A stretch of DNA of 64,000 bases from an uncultured Clostridia bacterium (GCA_934777435.1 CAKVNK010000001.1:172362-236361), one strand, 5' to 3'. Shown: positions 47,388 through 56,775, counted from the stretch's first letter. The notes: generated by a model not told the origin, from the letters alone. A program made the numbers and translations.

Positions 47388-48353
47388 TTACAACTTTTGG
47401 GTTTGAAGTTTGGTTATGATTACTGTGTTAACAATTTCTTGTATGGTTGAACCACGGCTTAAATCATTAACTGGCTTTTTAAAATTGAGCATAATTGGAC
47501 CAACTGCAGTATAGCCTGCCAAACGTGAAGTAAGTTTATAAGCAATATTGCCAGCGTTAAGGTCTGGAAAAATCAAAACATTAGCATTGCCACCAACCGC
47601 ACTTTTAACACCTTTTTGCTTTGCAGTGGACAAATCAAGTGCACTGTCCCCTTGCATTTCACCGTCAATCATAAATTTGCTGTTTTGTTGTGCAAGTTTT
47701 GTGGCCGTTGCAACACGTGTGACCATTTCATTGTTTGCACTGCCCTTTGTTGAGTATGAAAGCAATGCAACTTTTGGCTCGATATTAACCACATTTTGCA
47801 TAAATTCTGCATTTGATATTGCTATCTCTGCAAGGGTTTCACTATCTGGGTTTTCAATAAGTGAAACATCACCATAAAGCAATGGTTTGCAACCTTCTTT
47901 AAGCATAAGCGTACTGCCTGTAACCAACTTTTTGTTTGGCTTTGTTTTGATAATTTGCAATGCTGGCAAAAGCACATCGGCAGTTGTGTTGCATGCACCC
48001 GCCACCACACCGTCTGCAAGATTATTATAAAGCATCATCATTGCAAAATATAATGGTTTTTTTACCAAGGCATTTGCTTTTTGTTTTGTTATACCTTTGC
48101 TTTGCCTTAATTCAAACAACTGATGTGAAAAATCGGCTTTGTTGTATGCATCAATATCAATAATTTGGCAAGCAGATGTGTTAAATAATTTATCAAACTG
48201 TTCAGGTTTACCAAACACTATAATATTCGCCAATTTTTGTTTTAAAATTATTTTACAAGCGTCATAAACACTCCTATCTTGGTTTGCTTCTGGCAAAATG
48301 ATTGTGGCATCAATTTGTTTGGCTTTTTGTTGCATAAGTTTAAAAATTTTCAT
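47388..48353 (-). CDS. pta: phosphate acetyltransferase (PTA_PTB domain only)
   Basis: 321 aa: ILPEANQDR..., SYSTKGSA, GPIMLNFKKPVNDLSRG. Confidence 0.93.
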   Translation of the reverse strand: MKIFKLMQQKAKQIDATIILPEANQDRSVYDACKIILKQKLANIIVFGKPEQFDKLFNTSACQIIDIDAYNKADFSHQLFELRQSKGITKQKANALVKKPLYFAMMMLYNNLADGVVAGACNTTADVLLPALQIIKTKPNKKLVTGSTLMLKEGCKPLLYGDVSLIENPDSETLAEIAISNAEFMQNVVNIEPKVALLSYSTKGSANNEMVTRVATATKLAQQNSKFMIDGEMQGDSALDLSTAKQKGVKSAVGGNANVLIFPDLNAGNIAYKLTSRLAGYTAVGPIMLNFKKPVNDLSRGSTIQEIVNTVIITKLQTQKL

Positions 48354-48391
48354 TTGTTTTTCCCCTTTTCAATATGGCAACCTTTTTATTG

Positions 48392-49180
48392 TTAATCTTT
48401 TAACAATTCTTTGATTTTATCAATCATAGGTTCAGTTGCCACAATGCCGTTTGCAACTGATTTATCTGCCTTATCTGCATTAAAGTCTATTTGGCTTATC
48501 TCTGGCTGACTGATAACAATGCGAAGATCTGCATATCGCCTTCTTAAACGCACAATATTTTGTGTTAGTATTGTTGTTGCATTAAGCACATTTTCAAGTG
48601 TGTCTAACCTTAAATCTTCAACTTGGTCAGCATATTTACCAATACAGTCTACTGACACAATAACAGCGTCTGGCATCATATTGTGTGCAACATTTTCCGG
48701 CATATTATTGCAAAGCCCACCATCAACATACAATTCTCCGTCTATCTCTTGTGCCTTAAATGCGGCAGGGATTGAAATGCTTGCACGTATATTGTTACGC
48801 AAAATACCTTTTTTAAAATGTTTTTCTTTACCTGTTTTAATGTTTGTTGCAACTGCCACAAAAGGTATTTGGCAATCTTCTTGTTTAAAATCACCTAATT
48901 CATCAAGCAAAATTTTATCCACTTTGCGTGAATTAAGTAAATATCCACGGAACAATGCCCCAGAAAGTGTAAAATTGCCAAGACTGTTAAAGTCATGTGC
49001 CATTTCAATTAATTCATCACATTTTTTACCCGAAGCATACATACCGCCAACCAACGCACCCATTGAAGTACCAACAATAAGGTCTGGTTTTATGCCATTT
49101 TGCTCCAACACTTTTAAAACACCAATGTGAGCATAGCCCTTTGCTGCACCACCACTTAAAACCAATGCTAATTTTTTCAT
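48392..49180 (-). CDS. patatin-like phospholipase family protein
   Basis: GGAAKGYAHIGV oxyanion motif, GTSMGA nucleophile elbow and DGG catalytic Asp. Confidence 0.88.
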   Translation of the reverse strand: MKKLALVLSGGAAKGYAHIGVLKVLEQNGIKPDLIVGTSMGALVGGMYASGKKCDELIEMAHDFNSLGNFTLSGALFRGYLLNSRKVDKILLDELGDFKQEDCQIPFVAVATNIKTGKEKHFKKGILRNNIRASISIPAAFKAQEIDGELYVDGGLCNNMPENVAHNMMPDAVIVSVDCIGKYADQVEDLRLDTLENVLNATTILTQNIVRLRRRYADLRIVISQPEISQIDFNADKADKSVANGIVATEPMIDKIKELLKD

Positions 49181-49257
49181 ATTACCCCTTTTGTCTGTTT
49201 GTGAATTTTGCCCTATTTTTTGTGCTATATTTGTGCTTATTTATGAATATATTATAT

Positions 49258-50286
49258 ATGATAAAAAACCTAAAAGCAAACAAATTTGAAAACAGATTGC
49301 AGGCAACAAACAAAGCAAAATTTTTAACCAAAAACAAAGTTTTGATTGTCCTGTTGCTTATAGTGTGTGCAATTTTTATTTGTAATCCTGCCATATATGC
49401 AAAAAGTTGCTTAAATGCAATCAGTGTATGGAGCGTAAAAGTGCTACCAGTGCTTTTTCCATTTTTTATTTTTACAAAAATTATTGTTGCCTTGACACAA
49501 CCAAAACAAACCAAGTTGGACAAGGTTTTTTTTAAACTTTACCACACGCCCGCCACCTGTTCTAGCATATTTTTATTATCACTCATTTCAGGCTACCCTA
49601 TGGGGGCAAAATTGATTTGCGATATGTTTGAACGTGGCATATACACAAGGCAAGACGCAAAACATATGCTTGCATTTTGTTCGGTAAGCGGACCTATGTT
49701 TATGATTGGGACTGTTGGTGTTGCTGTGTTTGGCAATATAAAATTTGGTGTTGTGATAATGTGTGCAAATGTTTTAGCCTGCCTTATTAATGGGCTTATT
49801 TTTAGGGGTAAAAAAAGAGAACAAAAAAAGCCACAGTTATTACAAATTAAACAACCCACTAATAATGGCAATATTTTAGGCGACAGCGTGTATGATGCCT
49901 TAATTTCAATTTTAATGGTTGGCGCTTTTATAGTGCTGGCATTTTTGTTTATAGATGTGCTTAAAAACACTGGTGTATTAATTAGGCTTTCTGCTGGAAT
50001 TGCAAAGGTTACACACATAGATACCAATTTTGTTCAAGCATTTCTATCTGGCATTGTGGAAATAACACGTGGTGTTATTGATTTATCTGCTGTTGCATGC
50101 CCTATGCAAGTTAAACTTATTTTTGCTTCTGCCTTAATCGGTTTTGGTGGAATCAGCATTTTTATGCAATCATTATCATTTTTAAGCAAACTCAATATAA
50201 AACCTAGTTATGTATTGCTACAAAAAATATCGCAAGGTTTGTTGGCACTATTATTCGCAGTTCCTCTATGCTTTTTAGTATGCTAA
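49258..50286 (+). CDS. ylbJ: YlbJ-like integral membrane protein (nucleoside-recognition/Gate domains)
   Basis: SGYPMGAKLICDMFERGIYTRQDAKHMLAFCSVSGPMFMIG resembles the sporulation membrane protein YlbJ. ATG at 49258 removes the overlap with the patatin gene. Confidence 0.65.
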   Translation: MIKNLKANKFENRLQATNKAKFLTKNKVLIVLLLIVCAIFICNPAIYAKSCLNAISVWSVKVLPVLFPFFIFTKIIVALTQPKQTKLDKVFFKLYHTPATCSSIFLLSLISGYPMGAKLICDMFERGIYTRQDAKHMLAFCSVSGPMFMIGTVGVAVFGNIKFGVVIMCANVLACLINGLIFRGKKREQKKPQLLQIKQPTNNGNILGDSVYDALISILMVGAFIVLAFLFIDVLKNTGVLIRLSAGIAKVTHIDTNFVQAFLSGIVEITRGVIDLSAVACPMQVKLIFASALIGFGGISIFMQSLSFLSKLNIKPSYVLLQKISQGLLALLFAVPLCFLVC

Positions 50287-50383
50287 AAAAAACAGACAAT
50301 CACTTAAAAACACAATAAGAAAAAAGTTTATTTTGTCAATAATTCAAACACAGTTTTACAATAAAATTAAATCACACAAATGT

Positions 50384-50412
50384 TTGACATTAGTTTTAAT
50401 TTTGTTTAAAAT
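50384..50412 (+). promoter_or_regulatory. sigma-A promoter positioned for a leaderless transcript
   Basis: TTGACA (50384-50389), 17 nt, TAAAAT (50407-50412), 6 nt, ATG (50419). No SD in between. Confidence 0.55.
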
Positions 50413-50418
50413 ATTTGT

Positions 50419-50961
50419 ATGAATAAGAAAAGATTGGAATATATGGATAAAGACGTGCCAACACTCAAACATGATTTGCGTTTGCGTATTTTGTTTGCAG
50501 TTGTGTTTGCTATGACATTTATTTGGCAATTTATTATGCTTATCATTGCTTCTGACTCTGCCACCACACTTATGATTGTGGCAAGTTGTGCAACCATGAT
50601 TTTTAGCATTATGTTCAGTTTCACTTCTACCCTTTATGCAATTAAAGATTTAAAAATTTTAAACCGCATCAAATTTAGGGGTAAATCAATCAATAATGCA
50701 ACATTTGTGTTTAATATTGAAAAACGTAGTTTTATGCGTTTGTATAGCCTTATCACAAGTTTGCTTGCACTCGTTGCCCTTTTGTTATTGGTTGCAACTG
50801 TAACCTATTCAATTTTAGAGATTGTTTACTATAACACAATTTCGTTCTACCTTCCTATGACTGTTGCATTTGTGGCTTGGTGCTTCAACAGTTCTTACCA
50901 CATTAAAAATGAACTTTATATTTCTCAAAATGTAAATCAATGCAACAGCATTTTCTATTAA
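50419..50961 (+). CDS. hypothetical 4-TM membrane protein
   Basis: 180 aa with four hydrophobic segments. No family recognised. Confidence 0.55.
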   Translation: MNKKRLEYMDKDVPTLKHDLRLRILFAVVFAMTFIWQFIMLIIASDSATTLMIVASCATMIFSIMFSFTSTLYAIKDLKILNRIKFRGKSINNATFVFNIEKRSFMRLYSLITSLLALVALLLLVATVTYSILEIVYYNTISFYLPMTVAFVAWCFNSSYHIKNELYISQNVNQCNSIFY

Positions 50962-51027
50962 AAATAAGCAAAACTTTTTCCCTACTCACTTGCAACACAT
51001 GTTTAAAAATATAGTTTGTTAACGCAA

Positions 51028-51059
51028 CAAAAAACAACCTAGTTTTAGGTTGTTTTTTA
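51028..51059. terminator. bidirectional terminator between convergent genes
   Basis: AACAACCTA (51033-51041) / TAGGTTGTT (51046-51054) with a 4-nt loop, flanked by A-run and T-run. Confidence 0.8.
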
Positions 51060-51152
51060 CAATTTAATGATTAACAAAACAATAAATATTAAAAACCATT
51101 TTTAGTATTTATCTGTGTTTCACTGTTTTAAGGCTAAAATACATTTAACATA

Positions 51153-51689
51153 TTAATTATCAATTATTTTGCTGTAAACATATTCATACACATTGGCGGC
51201 CAACTCTCTCCACCTTTTGCAGGCTGTGGTTGCATTATGACGTGTGTCTGATTTGATTGAAAGTGAAAATATTGATTCAGTTGTCAATGGTTCAAGAATT
51301 TTAAGGTCCACAGTATAACTGCCGTCTTCATTTTTATAACACTTTGCTATATACTCTTGATTACGTTTGAATTGAAGTTTGTTTTCGTCTGCAAATTTGT
51401 CAATTTGTGCACGCAAACTTGCCGGTATACGTGTGTAGAATTGTGCCAAACACTCACGCCCTGCAACCGTGATATTATAACGGCTTTCATCATTTTCTGT
51501 GTTTGGTTTATAAACAAATTTGCTGGTGATAAGTTGAACAAGCAAATCTTTACAATCCATCCAATTAACCCAGTTGTTTTGGCTTGAACAAATTTCCAAA
51601 ATAGAATTTTCGGTAAGTGGAATTTCCATCTTATCTAAAACGTAAAGCAATATTAATTTGTTGACAGTATTGTCCGGTACAAAATCCAT
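51153..51689 (-). CDS. DUF4364-like putative winged-helix regulator
   Basis: 178 aa. The N-terminus LILLYVLDKMEIPLTENSILEI...LLVQLITSKFVYK looks PadR/DUF4364-like. AAGGA SD. Confidence 0.55.
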   Translation of the reverse strand: MDFVPDNTVNKLILLYVLDKMEIPLTENSILEICSSQNNWVNWMDCKDLLVQLITSKFVYKPNTENDESRYNITVAGRECLAQFYTRIPASLRAQIDKFADENKLQFKRNQEYIAKCYKNEDGSYTVDLKILEPLTTESIFSLSIKSDTRHNATTACKRWRELAANVYEYVYSKIIDN

Positions 51690-51856
51690 AATTAATCCTT
51701 AAAAAAATAAATTCAAGCCTATGCTTTTAACTATTCTTGCACAAAATAAGTTTATACACAAAATGTGGTCAAAAAAGTTTTAAAAGCGAACTTTTCCGTG
51801 TTTATTATACAATATTCACCAATAAAAGACAACTTTTTAAAACCATAATTATTTTG

Positions 51857-51886
51857 TTGCTTTAGATTAATTTACCGTGGTATACT
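51857..51886 (+). promoter_or_regulatory. extended -10 promoter of the 235-aa ORF
   Basis: TTGCTT (51857-51862), 18 nt, TGGTATACT (-10 at 51881-51886). GAGG at 51893-51896 and ATG at 51902. Confidence 0.5.
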
Positions 51887-51901
51887 ATTATTGAGGTTTG
51901 T

Positions 51902-52609
51902 ATGAACGAAAATGTGTATGAATTGTCTGCATTTAACACTGCTTGCGATGAATTTGTTGCAGGCAAATATATTTTGGCGGATATTAAAATTGCATCTATT
52001 TTAAAACTTATTGATGCAGACGAAAAGGTAAAAAACATTGTTGCTTCCACTTTAAACAAATTTGATTTTGTTGAATATTTTAAGCAAAATGTTGTTGAAA
52101 ACAGTGATGAAACCTTCACCCTTATAATTCCCACAGATGAAAAGGAAATTATTGCATTTGTTTATAGTTTGCTTTATCGTTTCAACAATAAGGAAATTGA
52201 TTTCTATACCTTTTTAAACAAATTTTATAAAACTGACGATGCCTTAGGGCAAGAATTCAAAAAGTTTGCTGAAAGCATTATTTTACCATTTAAAACTGCA
52301 CTTAATTCTCTTTACTCTAAACGTCACATTATTGTTAATGCAAATGATTACCAAACAAACTATTACAACAAAATTATGTCTACCATACGCTTAATTGTTG
52401 GAAATATTGATAACTATAAGTTGAAAATGAACGAAAAAGAAGAATTTACAATGCTTTTAAATTCATTATACCTTGCCAGTGAACAAAACGATAAAAAATT
52501 GGTATTTTCTCTTATGATTGCGTTGGACTACTTCTCTCGTTATAACAAACGTGTTAGAAATGCTTATCTATCATTAGAAGAGTGCTTCACAAAAGACACA
52601 AACACATAA
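51902..52609 (+). CDS. hypothetical protein (235 aa, predicted helical, soluble)
   Basis: Good SD and promoter. No motif recognised. Divergent from the DUF4364-like gene. Confidence 0.6.
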   Translation: MNENVYELSAFNTACDEFVAGKYILADIKIASILKLIDADEKVKNIVASTLNKFDFVEYFKQNVVENSDETFTLIIPTDEKEIIAFVYSLLYRFNNKEIDFYTFLNKFYKTDDALGQEFKKFAESIILPFKTALNSLYSKRHIIVNANDYQTNYYNKIMSTIRLIVGNIDNYKLKMNEKEEFTMLLNSLYLASEQNDKKLVFSLMIALDYFSRYNKRVRNAYLSLEECFTKDTNT

Positions 52610-52642
52610 GGTGTTTCTGAAATAATAAAATGTTTATCAAAT

Positions 52643-52672
52643 AAAAAATGGCTTAATTTGAGCCATTTTTTC
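52643..52672. terminator. bidirectional terminator
   Basis: AAAATGGCT (52645-52653) / AGCCATTTT (52661-52669) with a 7-nt loop. Confidence 0.8.
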
Positions 52673-52712
52673 TTTCTGCTTTAAATGCATTGTGAGTTTA
52701 TTTTAGTTTTTT

Positions 52713-54302
52713 TTAATTGATTTTTTGATACATTTTGTTGCCGATTGTGCCAATCAAAATATAAACCACAGCCATAGCAATCAACACTGGAATTGCAGAT
52801 AGACCTATAAACAATGTTATGTTGACGTTTGGTAACTGTTGTAACAAAACAAAGAAAAGCACCATAGGTACAACACAAAGCAATATATCTATAAACATTG
52901 TAATAAGCAAACTTAACCCCTGTTTAGATGCTTGTGCTTCGTTTGTCCAATTCAGTTTTGGAAAACGCAAATTCATTATAAACCCTAGCCCTGAACACAT
53001 AAACAGATAAACAAGACTGAAAGCAATAATTAACACACTTGTACAAACCCCTGGTTTAATCAGCAAGCAAAAGCCTATTTCACCAATCAGCAAGCAAGGT
53101 AAATTTAAAAGAATATTGAACATAATTTTGCTGGTTGCAAGTTGACTGAATTTGACTGGCATAGTTTTTAGGCTTAAAAATCTTGTGCCTTCCATTGAAA
53201 TTGAAACTGATGTTGTTGGTGCAATGCCTATGCATAGTGGAATTGTAAACACTTCCAGTGCCACAAAAATTTGTGTAACAACTGGCTCGTAAGGTATGGT
53301 TTTAAATATACCATACATCATAAATGACAACACTATTGACAGCAACGACCCCATAATGCCGTTCATAAGATAAGTAGGGCTCATAACAAAACCACGGGCT
53401 TCTCTGCTAAGCAATGTGCTTATAACCGATTTCTGCTTGTATGTTAAAGGTTTTTGCTTTGCAGGCTTTTTGCTTAAAGTTACAAGCAAATTTTTGTTTA
53501 TACGGCTATACCCCAACATTATTATGCCTATGGTTGCCAACATATATAAAATGCAGACGCCAACAAAAGCAAGAAATGCCAAAATTGAATTTTTGCTCAT
53601 TGCAACAAGCAAAAAGTGAATATACGGAAACACAATTTTAAACCACAAAGGTGTTTCGACTGAAAGCATAGCCGTCATTGTTTCACTGTTTGCAAAATAC
53701 ACCACAACAACAATACCTATTGCAAAAATCACACTTAAAATGCTGCGCATAAGCATTTTATTTTTAACTTTTGATGATATTGCATTGATTACCCATGCAA
53801 ACACACTACACAAAAGTTGGCTAAATGCAGGGGCTAAAAACAAAGCAAGCAAAGCAAATATTACATTTGCAACTGTAATTTTACAAAAGATAAAATACAC
53901 AACAAATGTTGGCAACAAAATCATTGCTGAATATATTGTTGTGATGATATATGAACTTAAAATTTTGGAAATAACGATTTCACTTTGCTTTAATGGCAGA
54001 CTTGAAAGCATTTCAAAATCTTTTGTTTTGTAAAAATAGCCTTGCGTGTCAGTTATGGTTAACATAAGCACCATAAAGGCACTAAAAACGCCACCTATCA
54101 GCAAAATATTTTTGGCAAAGCCAAAAGCGTTCATACTATCCGCCATTATGTAAAGGTTATAGCCCATACTTCCGGCAGCCAACAAAAACAGAAAACTCAT
54201 TATCAATGCGGTTGAACTGAACTTTTTTTTGCCTTTAATGTTAAATGTTCGGCTTAAAGTTTCCTTGATATAAATTTTGGTTAAATTAATCGTGTTTGTC
54301 AT
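52713..54302 (-). CDS. large polytopic ABC exporter permease
   Basis: About 529 aa with more than 10 TM segments. ATG at 54302 (GGAG SD) overlaps the ATPase gene by 17 nt. Confidence 0.7.
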   Translation of the reverse strand: MTNTINLTKIYIKETLSRTFNIKGKKKFSSTALIMSFLFLLAAGSMGYNLYIMADSMNAFGFAKNILLIGGVFSAFMVLMLTITDTQGYFYKTKDFEMLSSLPLKQSEIVISKILSSYIITTIYSAMILLPTFVVYFIFCKITVANVIFALLALFLAPAFSQLLCSVFAWVINAISSKVKNKMLMRSILSVIFAIGIVVVVYFANSETMTAMLSVETPLWFKIVFPYIHFLLVAMSKNSILAFLAFVGVCILYMLATIGIIMLGYSRINKNLLVTLSKKPAKQKPLTYKQKSVISTLLSREARGFVMSPTYLMNGIMGSLLSIVLSFMMYGIFKTIPYEPVVTQIFVALEVFTIPLCIGIAPTTSVSISMEGTRFLSLKTMPVKFSQLATSKIMFNILLNLPCLLIGEIGFCLLIKPGVCTSVLIIAFSLVYLFMCSGLGFIMNLRFPKLNWTNEAQASKQGLSLLITMFIDILLCVVPMVLFFVLLQQLPNVNITLFIGLSAIPVLIAMAVVYILIGTIGNKMYQKIN

Positions 54303-55002
54303 TTTCCAACTCCAAGAACACATTTTCAAGGCTTTGCATACCTTTTACTTCTTCCATTTTGCCAAATACTACCAGTTTGCCTTGCTTTATAATTGCAACT
54401 TGGTCACAAATTTTTTCAGCCACATCAAGCACGTGTGTAGAATAGAAAATTGTTGCCCCATTTTTTGCCATTTCTTTCATAATCAACTTCATTTCGTGGC
54501 TACTGATAGGGTCAAGACCAACAAATGGCTCGTCCAACAACAAAAGATGTGGACTATGTATCAATGCTGAAACAAGTGCAAGTTTTTGCTTCATACCATG
54601 GCTGTATGTAGAAATTTGATTTTGCAAAGCGTCAAAAATGCCAATGCGTTTTGCATAGGTTTCAATTTTGGCTTTACGTTCTTCAGTGGATAATTTAAAA
54701 ATGTTGGCAATAAAATTTAGATATTCAATGCCAGTTAAATAGTCATAAAGGTCAGGATTATCTGGCAAATATGCCAAAATTTGTTTTGCTTCTAACGGAC
54801 TTTGTTTAACATCAATGCCGTCAATTTTAATTTCACCCTGCTCAAAATTTAAAATGCCAGCAATAGCCTTTAATGTTGTGGTTTTACCTGCCCCATTGTG
54901 CCCAATAAACGCACAAATTTGACCGGTTTGCACAGTCAATGTTAAATCGTCTACAGCAACTTTTTCACCATACTTTTTGGTTAAATTTTTAATCTCTAAC
55001 AT
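54286..55002 (-). CDS. ABC transporter ATP-binding protein
   Basis: Walker A GHNGAGKTT, signature YSHGMKQK and Walker B LLLLDEP. Confidence 0.93.
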   Translation of the reverse strand: MLEIKNLTKKYGEKVAVDDLTLTVQTGQICAFIGHNGAGKTTTLKAIAGILNFEQGEIKIDGIDVKQSPLEAKQILAYLPDNPDLYDYLTGIEYLNFIANIFKLSTEERKAKIETYAKRIGIFDALQNQISTYSHGMKQKLALVSALIHSPHLLLLDEPFVGLDPISSHEMKLIMKEMAKNGATIFYSTHVLDVAEKICDQVAIIKQGKLVVFGKMEEVKGMQSLENVFLELENDKHD

Positions 55003-55224
55003 CTATTCCCCCTTGTTTGCCTTGAAAATTGCTTCGGCAAATTTTAAATAATCATCATATTTTGCAATAGCAATACCTTTTGCTTTGTCACCCAGCAACA
55101 GCAAAGTGTCGCCTTCCTTTATATCAAACTCATCACGTGCTTGTTTTGGAATAACAATTTGCCCCTTTTCACTCACTTTAACTGTCCATAAAAACTTATC
55201 TTGTTCTGTTTTCTTACTTGCCAT
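55003..55224 (-). CDS. AbrB/MazE/SpoVT-family DNA-binding protein
   Basis: VKVSEKGQIVIPKQARDEFDIKEGDTLLLL swapped-hairpin motif. ATG at 55224 with AAAGGAGA SD. Confidence 0.8.
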   Translation of the reverse strand: MASKKTEQDKFLWTVKVSEKGQIVIPKQARDEFDIKEGDTLLLLGDKAKGIAIAKYDDYLKFAEAIFKANKGE

Positions 55225-55372
55225 ATTTTCTCCTTTACGTGTTTTTATCATTTATAACAATATAACAACCACATCTATAAATATGTTACACAAACACTCT
55301 ACTGCATTATTCCTAACAAAGTCAAGCAAATTAAACAAAAGTAAACTTTTTCTTACTTTTCCAACTACCAAC

Positions 55373-55409
55373 CAACAAAAAAACACAAGCAGCTAAAACT
55401 TGTGTTTTT
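55373..55409 (-). terminator. terminator after the tRNA pair
   Basis: ACACAAG (55382-55388) / CTTGTGT (55398-55404). A U-run follows on the minus strand. Confidence 0.65.
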
Positions 55410-55411
55410 GA

Positions 55412-55497
55412 GTGGTCCCGAAGGTCGGGGTCGAACCGACATGATATTGCTATCGCAAGATTTTGAGTCTTGTGCGTCTGCCATTTCGCCACTTCGG
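55412..55497 (-). tRNA. tRNA-Leu (anticodon CAA), type II with long variable arm, CCA encoded
   Basis: Minus strand CCCGAAG...CTCAAAA anticodon loop, variable arm GATAGCAATATC, T-arm GTCGGTTCGACCCCGAC, then CTTCGGG-A-CCA. Confidence 0.9.
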
Positions 55498-55502
55498 GAT
55501 AG

Positions 55503-55577
55503 TTGGAGGCACCAACCAGATTTGAACTGGTGAGTGAAGGTTTTGCAGACCTTTGCCTTACCACTTGGCGATGGTGC
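55503..55577 (-). tRNA. tRNA-Cys (anticodon GCA), CCA encoded
   Basis: Minus strand GGCACCA...anticodon stem AAGGT/ACCTT with loop CTGCAAA, T-arm ACCAGTTCAAATCTGGT, then TGGTGCC-T-CCA (U73 discriminator). Confidence 0.9.
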
Positions 55578-55599
55578 CATATTGAGTCTAAAACTCTAT

Positions 55600-55628
55600 T
55601 AGTATATATGAAAAAAAATAAAAAATCA
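55600..55628 (-). promoter_or_regulatory. possible sigma-A promoter of the tRNA pair
   Basis: Minus strand TTGATT (55628..55623), 17 nt, TATACT (55605..55600). About 22 nt upstream of the tRNA-Cys 5' end. Confidence 0.45.
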
Positions 55629-55703
55629 ACCCATTTTGCAAATATTTCAGAAATTCACTAAATTTTATTTTAATAAAATGTTAAATATACTTAAAATAAT
55701 CAA

Positions 55704-55734
55704 CAAAAAAATCTCCCAGATTGAGAGATTTTTT
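55704..55734 (-). terminator. terminator after the lipoprotein gene
   Basis: ATCTC (55711-55715) / GAGAT (55725-55729), flanked by A7 and T6 runs. Confidence 0.55.
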
Positions 55735-55818
55735 ATTGTTAAATTTTATTTATATAATTAAGTTTTGATTGTTTATTTAGCACTTATAATTGCTTATAAT
55801 TACAACATCAATTACCTA

Positions 55819-56775
55819 TTAGAAGGTAATTGCTTCACTGAATTCATTTGAATAAATAAATGTGTAACCTGTTGCTGTTTTTTCAGCATCAAATGTATCT
55901 GTAACGCCATTGATTGTGTAACTTACAGTAAATAAATTGTCAGCATTACCCTTTGTGATTTTATATGTTGTTTTTTCAAGCATGCCAGTTGTTTTATCTT
56001 TTAATTTGAATTCAAGTTCAATTTTATTGTTTTCAAATTCGATTTCAGTTTCCAAGTCTAAAACTTTTAAGCCGTTTTTGTAAACATTGTATTCATATTC
56101 AAGTTCTGTTTCACCGTCTTCAACTTCAACAGATTGTTCAATAACAACATAGTTATCTGAATTTTCTCTGCTTTTTGTTATAAATTCGATTGAAGATTCT
56201 TTTTCGTTACCCTCTTGTTCAAATTCACGTTTACCTGTCATATCAAAACGAGATTCGCCAACAGCCATAACGCCTTCAAGTGTGGTTGAAACTTCAACTT
56301 CTTCTTTTTCGTCTTCTATTTTACGTTCAGTTTTTGTTTCAATTTCGTTGTAATACATTTTAAATGTTTCGTTCAAACCTGGAAGGCTGATTTCCATAAC
56401 AAATGTATAATTTGCAAATTCTGCAGTTGCACTTTGATTTTTAGTTGTTGTTTGTGCAATGTTACCACTTTCGACAACTGAATCGAACAATTCCAAACAA
56501 TCTTTAATATTTTCAATGTTACTGTCAGTCAAACCTGCTGGACGTGTTGTGCTTTCCATTGTTGAATCTAAATATCTAATAGCTGTATTTTGAGTATCTG
56601 TTTTAACTTCTTCCAAGTGCATCAAATAGTTAACGCTAGATACTGCTGAAATTGCATACACATCTTTTGCATTAATGTCAAATGGCTTATCCTTTTTGCA
56701 ACCAACAAAGCACAAAGCCAATGGTGCGATTAAAGCAGACGCTGTTAAAACTGATAATATTTTTTTACCTTTCAT
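55819..56775 (-). CDS. acidic lipoprotein of unknown function
   Basis: Signal peptide MKGKKILSVLTASALIAPLALCFVGC with a lipobox-like FVGC. The mature part is E/T-rich. No family recognised. Confidence 0.65.
   Translation of the reverse strand: MKGKKILSVLTASALIAPLALCFVGCKKDKPFDINAKDVYAISAVSSVNYLMHLEEVKTDTQNTAIRYLDSTMESTTRPAGLTDSNIENIKDCLELFDSVVESGNIAQTTTKNQSATAEFANYTFVMEISLPGLNETFKMYYNEIETKTERKIEDEKEEVEVSTTLEGVMAVGESRFDMTGKREFEQEGNEKESSIEFITKSRENSDNYVVIEQSVEVEDGETELEYEYNVYKNGLKVLDLETEIEFENNKIELEFKLKDKTTGMLEKTTYKITKGNADNLFTVSYTINGVTDTFDAEKTATGYTFIYSNEFSEAITF

Noticed and set aside
55331-55580. ORFs of 77 and 71 aa on the minus strand.
   Set aside because: They run straight through the tRNA-Leu and tRNA-Cys genes and their terminator, so they are an artefact of ORF calling.
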